IMG/VR virus record: IMGVR_UViG_3300027816_000051
Span: 224,261 to 288,260 of that record
Strand: one strand, 5' to 3'
Length of the DNA: 64,000 nt
Shown: positions 10,017 through 17,973 of the stretch, piece after piece
How positions within the stretch are numbered: position 1 is the first letter of the stretch
Layout: the number at the start of each line of letters is the position of its first letter
The notes under the pieces: model-generated
The model's database searches: none
What the model was told of the DNA's origin: nothing
What the model saw: the letters and a program-made list of their open reading frames with translations, nothing else
Translations under genes and position numbers: made by a program

Positions 10017-10219
10017 TCCGTGTCGGCGCATTTGCAACAAACTCGCCAAACAATATCTAACAGCGCAGCCCGGGTGAAATTCTGTTCCCAAATTTTTTCT
10101 TACTTTTTTTATTCGTTCCCGCCAAACAACATTCCCGATGGTTCACGGGGTTCGGAAAATTTCACACACAAAAAAAGGGGATACTTTCGTACCCCCTTCG
10201 GTTTTTCTTTCGGTGTGTG

Positions 10220-10783
10220 TTACTCCTTTACAATTTCGTACCTATCTCCGTTTACCGAAATTTCAAGTACATTGTCAAGGTCGGGTGTTATCGGTTTAAC
10301 CTCTCTATCCAAACCTTGTTTTTCGTTACTACTCTTTCTATCACTTATCCACTTTTCAAACAATGTTTTGTCTATTGAGTTACCACGAAATTCGTACTCC
10401 GTTGTTCCTTTGATTTCGGGAAACCACTCTACCATAAGGTAGGTTTTTGTTTCGGTGTCGGTGTCAGTCAGTAATGATTTACTGATATGTTTTTTACCCG
10501 TTGGACTTTCAACCTTAAAGGTGTTCGGGTCTTTACCCTCTTTCATAAGGTTGTTGTGTACCCTCTTTTCGTAGTCAGTTACCAAACGATAAGTTTTAGA
10601 TGATACCTTAAAGATTTCCTTATAGTAAGGGTTTAATTCTTTGGTGTCCTTTGTCTTTTGTAAAACTTCTTTGTAAAGGGTTTTCATTTTTACCCCTACA
10701 AAAGTGTTAGGACTTTTTTCCTCAATCTCTTTGATGATACTGATGATTTCGGACTTCGTTACTTTTTTGATTTCTTTGTTCAT
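10220..10783 (-). CDS. Lys-rich hypothetical protein
   Basis: Start moved to 10783 (MNKEIK); promoter 10814-10821. Confidence 0.75.
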   Translation of the reverse strand: MNKEIKKVTKSEIISIIKEIEEKSPNTFVGVKMKTLYKEVLQKTKDTKELNPYYKEIFKVSSKTYRLVTDYEKRVHNNLMKEGKDPNTFKVESPTGKKHISKSLLTDTDTETKTYLMVEWFPEIKGTTEYEFRGNSIDKTLFEKWISDRKSSNEKQGLDREVKPITPDLDNVLEISVNGDRYEIVKE

Positions 10784-11044
10784 ACTTTTATTTTTTAGTT
10801 TGTTAGGAATACACAAATATAAAACACTATTTCATATAAACAAAACTTTTTTTTATTTATTTCGCCAGACTACCACGAACCCGATGACCACCTGTCGTCC
10901 GTATCCGAAAATTGGTTGGCGAGTCGGTGCAATTATGGTCTATTCGCCAATCAAATTTCCACCTGAACCATCTCCTCAAGTTCACACAAATCTTCTTGGA
11001 CAAAAAAAATCCCCACCTTTCGGTGAGGACTTTCGGTGTGGTGT

Positions 11045-11302
11045 TTAATCTTCTTCACCCTCTTCAATTCCCGACATTACAACTTCGGTCAAGTGATTAA
11101 CAAAGGTTTCGTACAACTTGTAATCCAACATAACCTTTTGTCTTGTGTGTACAAGGGTTACGTTCTTTTCGTTTTTTTCATCGTACAACTCATTTGTTAG
11201 GTCATTCGTGAAATCAGTACCATTCCACTCGTAGTCAATTTGGTTTGACAATAACTGGTCAATTTTACTTTTAACCAAGTTTTTAACTTTTTGTGTGTCC
11301 AT
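11045..11302 (-). CDS. Hypothetical protein
   Basis: Start 11302 (MDTQKV); promoter 11328-11335. Confidence 0.7.
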   Translation of the reverse strand: MDTQKVKNLVKSKIDQLLSNQIDYEWNGTDFTNDLTNELYDEKNEKNVTLVHTRQKVMLDYKLYETFVNHLTEVVMSGIEEGEED

Positions 11303-11409
11303 ATTTTTATTAATTGGTTTGTGGGTACAAAGATATAACAATTTTAAAATAATACAAGTGAAAGTTATTCACATCCTGAATGTGGATTTTGACCACCCTG
11401 AACCTGACG

Positions 11410-11680
11410 ACCCCCATCCCACAAATTGTTTGGCATACCCCCTATACCTACCCCCTCCCCTCAAACCATACCCCCCTCCCTCCCGTATCCCCCCTTAATA
11501 TAGGGTATTTTGGGTGTCTGTAGAGGGGGGACAATACCTTAACAGAAATTTTTCCGGAAAAAATCTGAAAAATCGGAAAGTACCCCCTTTTCTGAAAAAA
11601 AAATTTTGGGAAAAAATCTAAAAATCTGAAAAAAGGTCAAAAACCGTTTCTGGAATTTCCGGAAAATTTTTCAAAAAATT
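11410..11680. other. Non-coding boundary: C-tracts (G-quadruplex potential on minus), palindromes and phased A-tracts
   Basis: Seven C-runs in 11438-11494; TTTTTCCGGAAAAA at 11549-11562 and TTTCCGGAAA at 11656-11665; A-tracts at 11558, 11568, 11611, 11620, 11629, 11639. Confidence 0.8.
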
Positions 11681-11710
11681 TGGAATATTCAAAAAGATAT
11701 CATAACTTCG
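11679..11710 (+). promoter_or_regulatory. Bacteroidota-type promoter
   Basis: TTTG (11679)-N20-TAACTTCG (11703). Confidence 0.6.
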
Positions 11711-11732
11711 TATCAACATAAGAAAAGAAGTC

Positions 11733-12350
11733 ATGAAAAAAGTTTTTTATTTATTACCACTCGTGGTATTCGTCACAATCGGAGCGGTCCTTTCATTTAC
11801 CACCGAGGGTCAAACAATCGTTCAACAGATAAAACCAAATAAGGTTATCTACATACAACCAATGGGTGATGTGAAACAAGAGTATTTGGAATTGGTAGAA
11901 AAGACCGTGGAATCTTTTTATGGTTTTGAATGTATTGTAAATCCTAAGGACCCTTTAACCAATAATCTTTTGGCCGAAAGTAAAACAAGGTATTCTGCCA
12001 ATAAGATACTAAGACAATATAGAGGGAAAGATAACTATCTAATTTTAACCGAGAAGGATATTGCAACACCAAGTCGTGGATATCCTGAATGGGGTGTGTT
12101 AGGATTGGGTTACAGACCTGGTAGTGTATGTGTGGTATCAACGTTCAGAATGAAACGTAATGTTAGTGTGGATGTAATTAAGGAGAGAATAAAAAAAGTG
12201 TCCATACATGAAGTTGGACACAATTTAGGTTTGGACCACTGTACAAATCATCCTGAATGTTTAATGAATGATGCCAATGGTACAATCAAACAAGTTGATA
12301 GAGAAAAGATGTGGTTGTGTGATAGATGTAAACAGATTATTGGTATGTAA
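11733..12350 (+). CDS. Archaemetzincin-like Zn metalloprotease (M54) with N-terminal signal/anchor
   Basis: HEVGHNLGLDHC...CLM...LCDRC; hydrophobic N-terminus. Confidence 0.85.
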   Translation: MKKVFYLLPLVVFVTIGAVLSFTTEGQTIVQQIKPNKVIYIQPMGDVKQEYLELVEKTVESFYGFECIVNPKDPLTNNLLAESKTRYSANKILRQYRGKDNYLILTEKDIATPSRGYPEWGVLGLGYRPGSVCVVSTFRMKRNVSVDVIKERIKKVSIHEVGHNLGLDHCTNHPECLMNDANGTIKQVDREKMWLCDRCKQIIGM

Positions 12351-12352
12351 CC

Positions 12353-13936
12353 TTAGGTTGATACCATCTGAATTTTATATGTCCTTGCAATCTGTTCGTA
12401 ATTGTTCTTATTGATATTTTTAAAGACCGACCTCTTATATACAACTTTGTTGGTTTGACTATCTCGGATTGGTCCTTGGAAATTCCAAACAATTAAATCT
12501 TTTTTAGTGGTTGGGTCTTCTATGGTCATACCAACTTCTCCGTCTATATAACTAAGACCTTTAACACGGAATTGCATTACCATATCATCCTCAACATTTG
12601 CTTCGGCTTTAAAGTTTGATAGTACATTGGATAATACCTTTTTGATAGATTCACTAATAATACTTTCAGCCATGGTTGAAGTTTCATCATTTCCACTCAA
12701 TTGTTGGGCTAACATCATAGGACTTTTACAAACTTCACCATCACCACCCAATTGTTCGAAATATGTTGGTGCGTTTTGAACGAGATAACTTGTTCCTTTA
12801 TCACCCATTGCAAATACTCTTGCACCTTTGGCTAATTTTTGAACCCTTGGGTCTTCAATGAATTTAGCGGGAACCCCAACACATCCATAACTTTGATTCG
12901 CATTTGCGATTAATTTAATTGAGTTCAAATATTCTTTTGGTACCTTACCCGCAGATAAGTCGGCTTTTAATACGTTTCTTAAATCTTCACTGGCTGTTAG
13001 TCTCCCTTCAATATTGGGAATACCGTGAATCGCGGCAGCCATTTGTTTACCCCCTTGGTCTTTCAAATTGAATACATTTTTACCTTTACCAGTATATCCC
13101 GTATTACTACCTAAACTTGATATGTTATAAATGCCCTTTGCTAAAAAACGTTCTTTGTAGTGGTCAACAACAAAATAAGCAGCATCGGCTATACATATTT
13201 TTGATGACTCATCCCATCTTCTTCTTGAGTCTTTTACACAGGATTCTTTTGTTGTAAAATTACTTGCGGTACAAAGACGAGGAGACGCTTCTAATTTTTG
13301 ACCTTTTGCGTCATCACCGGGTACCGGACTATTTTTACACCAATCCGCGTGAGTATAACTTTTACTATCTGATATTGATTTTTGTTCATTAGCACCATCA
13401 ACAACTTGGGTGTGAAGTACGTATTTACTACCTGTATCAAAAAGATATATCAAATTGTACTTTGGGTCGTAAACGAAAAACGGTTTGTCGTTTAATTTTC
13501 TTTTTTCAATGTATGTTAATTCAGCATCGATTCTTGGGGTATAGTTATATTTTGTACCTACAGTTTCGGATTTCTTTTCCAATTCTGATTTTTGTTTAGC
13601 AACTGGATTTACAACAATTGGTTTGGTTTGTAGATTGTCTTGATATCCAGCATAACCTCCTTGTTGACCAAGTCTACCCGTATTTAAACCCGTAAATTTC
13701 TTCACAGGTTCCACCGGTTTTGTTGAACCGAATACTTTTGTTTTGATTGCTTCTTTTCCCGTACCGGTGGCTAATCTATATGTTTTTTGGTTTTTTAATT
13801 TATAATAGTAGTTGTCACCATCTTTCATGTAATCGTACTTACCATCATAATTGGTGACATAGGTTTTCTGTTCGTTGATAACTGATTCGACAATATTAAC
13901 TAAATCCGACTCAGTGAGTCTTATTACTTTTCCCAT
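12353..13936 (-). CDS. Putative virion protein with YkuD/L,D-transpeptidase-like domain
   Basis: Leader VIRLTESDL; AIHG...SYGCVGV His/Cys motif. Confidence 0.55.
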   Translation of the reverse strand: MGKVIRLTESDLVNIVESVINEQKTYVTNYDGKYDYMKDGDNYYYKLKNQKTYRLATGTGKEAIKTKVFGSTKPVEPVKKFTGLNTGRLGQQGGYAGYQDNLQTKPIVVNPVAKQKSELEKKSETVGTKYNYTPRIDAELTYIEKRKLNDKPFFVYDPKYNLIYLFDTGSKYVLHTQVVDGANEQKSISDSKSYTHADWCKNSPVPGDDAKGQKLEASPRLCTASNFTTKESCVKDSRRRWDESSKICIADAAYFVVDHYKERFLAKGIYNISSLGSNTGYTGKGKNVFNLKDQGGKQMAAAIHGIPNIEGRLTASEDLRNVLKADLSAGKVPKEYLNSIKLIANANQSYGCVGVPAKFIEDPRVQKLAKGARVFAMGDKGTSYLVQNAPTYFEQLGGDGEVCKSPMMLAQQLSGNDETSTMAESIISESIKKVLSNVLSNFKAEANVEDDMVMQFRVKGLSYIDGEVGMTIEDPTTKKDLIVWNFQGPIRDSQTNKVVYKRSVFKNINKNNYEQIARTYKIQMVST

Positions 13937-14042
13937 GTTTTTTTTCTATATAAATATCATAATCAGTCAGAAATTATGAACCTCGTACGCCGGAACCGGG
14001 AATTTTCTTAAAACGTAATATTTATTGGAAATAAAGATTAAT

Positions 14043-14321
14043 ATGAAAAAAAGTATAAAATTAACCGAAGCCGAATTGATAAAGGTGATAAAAAAGGTTA
14101 TTAAAGAATCGAATCTTTCTGAATCCATGTTACCAGGAACTTACGCCATGATGGCAGCAGAAGAAGCCGCATCTAAAGTTTCACAAATGTTAATGAACGA
14201 ATATTCAAGATTTGCCGGACCTGAACAAAAAGGGTCTATTAAGAATATGTTTTTGAAAATGTTTTGTGAACGTCTTGAAAGTATCATCTTGAATAAAGAT
14301 GAAGAAATGGGTCAAGATTAA
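14043..14321 (+). CDS. Hypothetical protein with leader motif
   Basis: MKKSIKLTEAELIKVIKKVIKE; start moved to 14043. Confidence 0.75.
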   Translation: MKKSIKLTEAELIKVIKKVIKESNLSESMLPGTYAMMAAEEAASKVSQMLMNEYSRFAGPEQKGSIKNMFLKMFCERLESIILNKDEEMGQD

Positions 14322-14333
14322 AAAGAAATAATC

Positions 14334-14456
14334 ATGGCAAAGGCAAGAAAAGAACACCCCAAACCCAAAAGTAGAAAATCAGTAAAAAAGACATCTCGTA
14401 GAATCGAAAAGAACAATGAGATGTTGAGAAAGATTTGGGAAGAAATGCGTAAATAA
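14334..14456 (+). CDS. 40-aa basic peptide
   Basis: Not in track; MAKARKEHPKPKSRKSVKKTSRRIEKNNEMLRKIWEEMRK* fills the gap. Confidence 0.6.
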   Translation: MAKARKEHPKPKSRKSVKKTSRRIEKNNEMLRKIWEEMRK

Positions 14457-14471
14457 AAACTATTTGTAAAC

Positions 14472-14948
14472 ATGGGACAAAGAATTATCATATCAGAAGA
14501 AGATAAAAACCGTATAAAAGGTTTATACGAACAAACCAGTAGTAAACCATTTAATTTCTTCACATATAAGGACACCGTACACAATATGATTGAATCCATG
14601 ACATCTTTAATGGAAAACATTGAGAGGTCAAAACTGTGTCAATCATTGGACAATCAACTCCAACCGACTTTTGGTTTGGTGGACGATTTGGTTGCAAGAA
14701 TGGCGGCAGATAATGGTATGAGTGAAGGTGAGTCTATTAAGTATGTTTACGATACTTGGAAACAACAAAAAACAGGTGGTATGCCACTTTTAATGAAACT
14801 AATTGGTGGTAACGTAAGTGTCTCAAAAGAAATGGTGGACAAATTATATGCCCACATTAGAACCAAACAAAACGGAGCGTTATTAACCTCCATCATATCG
14901 GACATATTTGGAAGTGCCGGTATTAAACAAATACCAATGTGTTCTTAA
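14472..14948 (+). CDS. Hypothetical protein with leader motif
   Basis: MGQRIIISEEDKNRIKGLYEQ. Confidence 0.75.
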   Translation: MGQRIIISEEDKNRIKGLYEQTSSKPFNFFTYKDTVHNMIESMTSLMENIERSKLCQSLDNQLQPTFGLVDDLVARMAADNGMSEGESIKYVYDTWKQQKTGGMPLLMKLIGGNVSVSKEMVDKLYAHIRTKQNGALLTSIISDIFGSAGIKQIPMCS

Positions 14949-14961
14949 AATATTTATATAC

Positions 14962-15522
14962 ATGGGACAAAGAATTATCATATCCGAAGGGGACAGAAAA
15001 CACATAAGAGGTTTGTACGAACAACCAACTTCAACACCTGAAGAAAACACACCATTTTTAGAGTGGGCGGAAAACGCTGAGATTACACCATTTATTGCAC
15101 CAAACCCATATAGTGGTGGTGATTTGAAATTAGGTGTACAAATTAAAAGTTCAACCGGTGAGGATTTATCTAAAATAAGTCAAACCGCAAACCAAAAGAC
15201 AATCATAAACCTAATTGAAAGAATGGATATCATTACCGAAAACGGACAGGTTGTTCATACTTTCACAACCGAAGAACAAGATGGAAGTGGTAGTGGTTTA
15301 TTTAATTTCTCAACGTTTAAACCCACATATGAAATAATCGATAACTCATTTGTTGTTTACACCACCATAAGTGAAAATTCTGAGGTGATTCAAAAACTTA
15401 AACAGTTTACAAATAAAACAAATAAATTCATTGTTACTGTTACCCCTCGTCTATCAAACGATTTATTAAAGACTGGTTCCAAATTATTCAAAACCAAGTC
15501 AAACATATTAATGGTAAACTAA
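14962..15522 (+). CDS. Hypothetical protein with leader motif
   Basis: MGQRIIISEGDRKHIRGLYEQ; start moved to 14962. Confidence 0.75.
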   Translation: MGQRIIISEGDRKHIRGLYEQPTSTPEENTPFLEWAENAEITPFIAPNPYSGGDLKLGVQIKSSTGEDLSKISQTANQKTIINLIERMDIITENGQVVHTFTTEEQDGSGSGLFNFSTFKPTYEIIDNSFVVYTTISENSEVIQKLKQFTNKTNKFIVTVTPRLSNDLLKTGSKLFKTKSNILMVN

Positions 15523-15548
15523 TATTTATAAAAAAACATTAAAAAATT

Positions 15549-15875
15549 ATGGCAAACAAAATTGAATTAATTGATTTATTGACAAGACTATATGATTACA
15601 TGGAAAATCGTGCGGATGCAGACGGTAGTTCAGAAGGGTATGTTGCAAACGAGGAAATGGGTTTAATGGGTGAAATTGATGATATGTTACATGCGTTGGG
15701 TCAAAAAGGTTTTGGTAGTGATGTCAGAGCGTCCCTTGATTCAAAATACAAATTCGGTGGTTTCAGTTTAAATGAAAACTCAAAAAACAGTAGTAAGAAA
15801 AAGGTTATTAAATTAAACGAATCAGAACTGATTAAGGTGATTAAAAAAGTTATTAAAGAAAACTCAAAAATATGA
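15549..15875 (+). CDS. Hypothetical protein with the leader-like motif at its C-terminus
   Basis: ...KKVIKLNESELIKVIKKVIKEN. Confidence 0.7.
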   Translation: MANKIELIDLLTRLYDYMENRADADGSSEGYVANEEMGLMGEIDDMLHALGQKGFGSDVRASLDSKYKFGGFSLNENSKNSSKKKVIKLNESELIKVIKKVIKENSKI

Positions 15876-16534
15876 AACCAAAAACATTAAACGAAGAGAT
15901 TAACCGTATTAAAAACATCATGGGTTTCATTAATGAATCCATGGATGAACCTACTGGTGAAACTCAAGAATTTAACGGTAAAACCTATCCAAGTCACCAC
16001 GGTAGTCCCTTTGATAGAGGTAGTGCTGATAGTTGGTATAGCCGTGGAACCAACCCACATAAAAACCATCCTGAATATTCCGAAGATTTAACCCCCGAGG
16101 AAATCGATGCGTATTATGCTGGATTCTATTGGAATGAGAGACATGGTGACCATAAAGATTATGGTGATGATGACGATAGAATGAGAGATGATGATTTGGA
16201 TGAATCTAATCATGAATTAAATGAAGATGAGGTAAACTATAATATTAATCGAGCTATCCAATGTTTCTTAAATAAGAAAGGTATTAAAGATGATGCCGGT
16301 CAACCACTAAAGATTGATGGTTCTATTGGTAGATTACCTAATTCAAAATCAGCTCAAGCCATTGCAAAATACCAAGAAAAACTTGGTGTTTATCCTGTGG
16401 ATGGTGTTTGGGGTCCTGATACCATGGAAAAAATGCCACCGAAAGATTTGGCGATGTATAAAGATTGTAAATCTGAATATGGTGACATATTCGATAAGGG
16501 TCTCCACATGTTGGGACTCGACGAAGAAAAATAA
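15872..16534 (+). CDS. Protein with HGSPFDRGSADS motif and C-terminal peptidoglycan-binding-like domain
   Basis: IQCFL...IDG..G...AIAKYQ...VDGVWGPDT. Confidence 0.6.
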   Translation: MKPKTLNEEINRIKNIMGFINESMDEPTGETQEFNGKTYPSHHGSPFDRGSADSWYSRGTNPHKNHPEYSEDLTPEEIDAYYAGFYWNERHGDHKDYGDDDDRMRDDDLDESNHELNEDEVNYNINRAIQCFLNKKGIKDDAGQPLKIDGSIGRLPNSKSAQAIAKYQEKLGVYPVDGVWGPDTMEKMPPKDLAMYKDCKSEYGDIFDKGLHMLGLDEEK

Positions 16535-16540
16535 AATTGA

Positions 16541-16565
16541 AACCCTCCACTCGGAGGGTTTTTTA
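16541..16565 (+). terminator. Intrinsic terminator
   Basis: aaccctcc-actc-ggagggtt then T-tract. Confidence 0.75.
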
Positions 16566-16588
16566 TTTGTAAAACTATTTATGGTGAG

Positions 16589-17740
16589 ATGAAAATAATT
16601 ATTTCAGAATCACAATTCATAAAACTTAATCAATCAATATCACAAGAAAGTGAATTGAATGAGAACCTATTGAGGTATTTTATGGGTGGTTATAAATCCG
16701 CAAAAGATTTCGCGAAACTATTAAGAACAAATAAAACGATTTCATCAGAAATTCAAAACGTATTCAAGGACCCCGTCATGTATGGGAAATTTAATTTAGT
16801 TGGTGTTAAAACAGTAGACGATTTCGCAAAATTAATTGAGTCTAATAGATATACACCAAAATTGAAAGGTCAGTTTGAACTTTTTATTTTAAAATCCCCG
16901 AAAGTTTATCCAAATCTAGTGGATATTTCCGCAAATTCTTTAGTGAAGAACAAAACGTTTTTAGAAAAATTTAGACCAGAGATGATGCAAGGTGAATCGG
17001 AATTTAGAATACAATTAAAAAAATCACGATACAACGATTATGCTATAAATAAAATTGTTGAGAAAACTAAACATCTAATCAAAAAATCAACAAATCAATT
17101 TACATCAGCATTAGCACCAATTCAAGCCGAAATCGGGACATTAAAACCCGATTATGTAAAACTTTTTGGTATTGAGAAGTATGATAACTTGGTATCAGCA
17201 CTATTGACTAATAAAATAAATCAGACTCAATTCATCAATACTTTAAGAAGAACAACCGGTAATACCAAAAAAGTTGGTAGTAATATGGTTAAAGTGTTTA
17301 GGGCGGGACCTAAGAAAGATAATTTTTTCTATGTTAGTCCTAGTAAAAAATATGTTACAAAAAACTATGCGTCAAATAATCCAAACGCTGTTCAACCTAT
17401 GTATGTTAATTTGGGTAGAACTTTAGATTTAACTCGTTTAGACCCAAGAGCGGTGAAGATGGACTCTTTTGTAAAATATTTAAAAGATTCGGGTGTAAAA
17501 TTCACAAAAGAAGAAGAAATTAAATTATTAGGTAAATTCCTCAAACCACAAAGTAAAACATCATTTGGAAAAAGTTACCATGACGTACAACTGTGGCACA
17601 TAATTAACACATCACCCGAAATCGCGAGTGCAGCATCAAGAAGTGGTTTTAATTCAATTAAACAATTTGAAACATCATCATTCGCACCAGATGCGTGGAA
17701 TAAAGGTGACTTTTCATATTTTATTTTGAAACAACCTTAA
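16589..17740 (+). CDS. Putative virion protein with C-terminal ADP-ribosyltransferase-like (ART-PolyVal-like) domain
   Basis: Leader MKIIISESQF; VFRAG...FFYVSPSKKYVTKNYA...QPMYVNLGRTLDL...GFNSI. Confidence 0.5.
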   Translation: MKIIISESQFIKLNQSISQESELNENLLRYFMGGYKSAKDFAKLLRTNKTISSEIQNVFKDPVMYGKFNLVGVKTVDDFAKLIESNRYTPKLKGQFELFILKSPKVYPNLVDISANSLVKNKTFLEKFRPEMMQGESEFRIQLKKSRYNDYAINKIVEKTKHLIKKSTNQFTSALAPIQAEIGTLKPDYVKLFGIEKYDNLVSALLTNKINQTQFINTLRRTTGNTKKVGSNMVKVFRAGPKKDNFFYVSPSKKYVTKNYASNNPNAVQPMYVNLGRTLDLTRLDPRAVKMDSFVKYLKDSGVKFTKEEEIKLLGKFLKPQSKTSFGKSYHDVQLWHIINTSPEIASAASRSGFNSIKQFETSSFAPDAWNKGDFSYFILKQP

Positions 17741-17973
17741 TCTTATTTTATTTGTTTTTATTGTATTGGTCAAAAAAGACCATTCCCCATCCGATAAAGA
17801 CAACCCCTAAAATAATATACGGTAAAATCATAACATTTGTTTTTACATAAGATATCAATATTATTTTAATAAACAAAACAATTCTCAATCTACGTAATTA
17901 AGAAACAATAAAAAGACCGTCTTTGAAAGATTTTTTTTGTTTTACCTAATATTTATTAGAAAAGAAAATTATC

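Larger units (their letters stand above)
1834..11032 (-). terminator. Series of intrinsic terminators closing the minus-strand cassettes
   Basis: A-tract plus GC hairpin on the plus strand (mostly GAAA-containing loops and a U-tract on minus) at 1834-1857, 2465-2490, 3555-3582, 5039-5070, 6055-6084, 6894-6919, 7259-7287, 7834-7863, 8787-8816, 9467-9494, 10170-10198, 11002-11032. Confidence 0.85.
1777..11358 (-). promoter_or_regulatory. Array of 16 Bacteroidota primary-sigma-type promoters, all on the minus strand
   Basis: -7 octamers (plus strand CAAATATA/CAAAGATA/CAAATGTA/CGAATATA) begin at 1777, 2100, 3394, 4159, 4496, 4860, 5524, 5852, 6678, 7162, 7628, 8289, 8596, 9273, 9750, 10814 and 11328 (17 if all are counted); most have TTTG about 20 bp upstream; each sits just upstream of a start codon. 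Confidence 0.85.
1827..11434. repeat. Dispersed GCCAA(A/C/T)CAA(A/T)T / inverse AAATT(G/T)GTTGGC box family (>30 copies)
   Basis: GCCAA at 41, 689, 1827, 2150, 2413, 3503, 4199, 4545, 4993, 5564, 6002, 6728, 6848, 7212, 7688, 7781, 8330, 8716, 9323, 9416, 9800, 10045, 10121, 10946; TTGGC at 2370, 3483, 4952, 5922, 6796, 7740, 8674, 9376, 9860, 9932, 10004, 10916, 11430. Confidence 0.85.

Noticed and set aside
9793-10060. ORFs 9793-10053 (-) and 9806-10060 (+) with 24-aa repeats
   Set aside because: By-products of the 72-bp DNA repeat; the first unit is 73 bp so the peptide repeat breaks, and there is no promoter-terminator context
2360-10960. Integron attC sites or CRISPR/TIGR-like guide units
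   Set aside because: Arms only loosely resemble RYYYAAC/GTTRRRY, cassettes have their own promoters, no integrase is visible, and spacers share motifs and vary in ~10-bp steps; not fully excluded
11295-11498. Pro-rich plus-strand ORF
   Set aside because: Translation of the non-coding C-tracts
17748-17831. 27-aa hydrophobic minus-strand ORF (MILPYIILGVVFIGWGMVFFDQYNKNK)
   Set aside because: Plausible but too short to support without homologs
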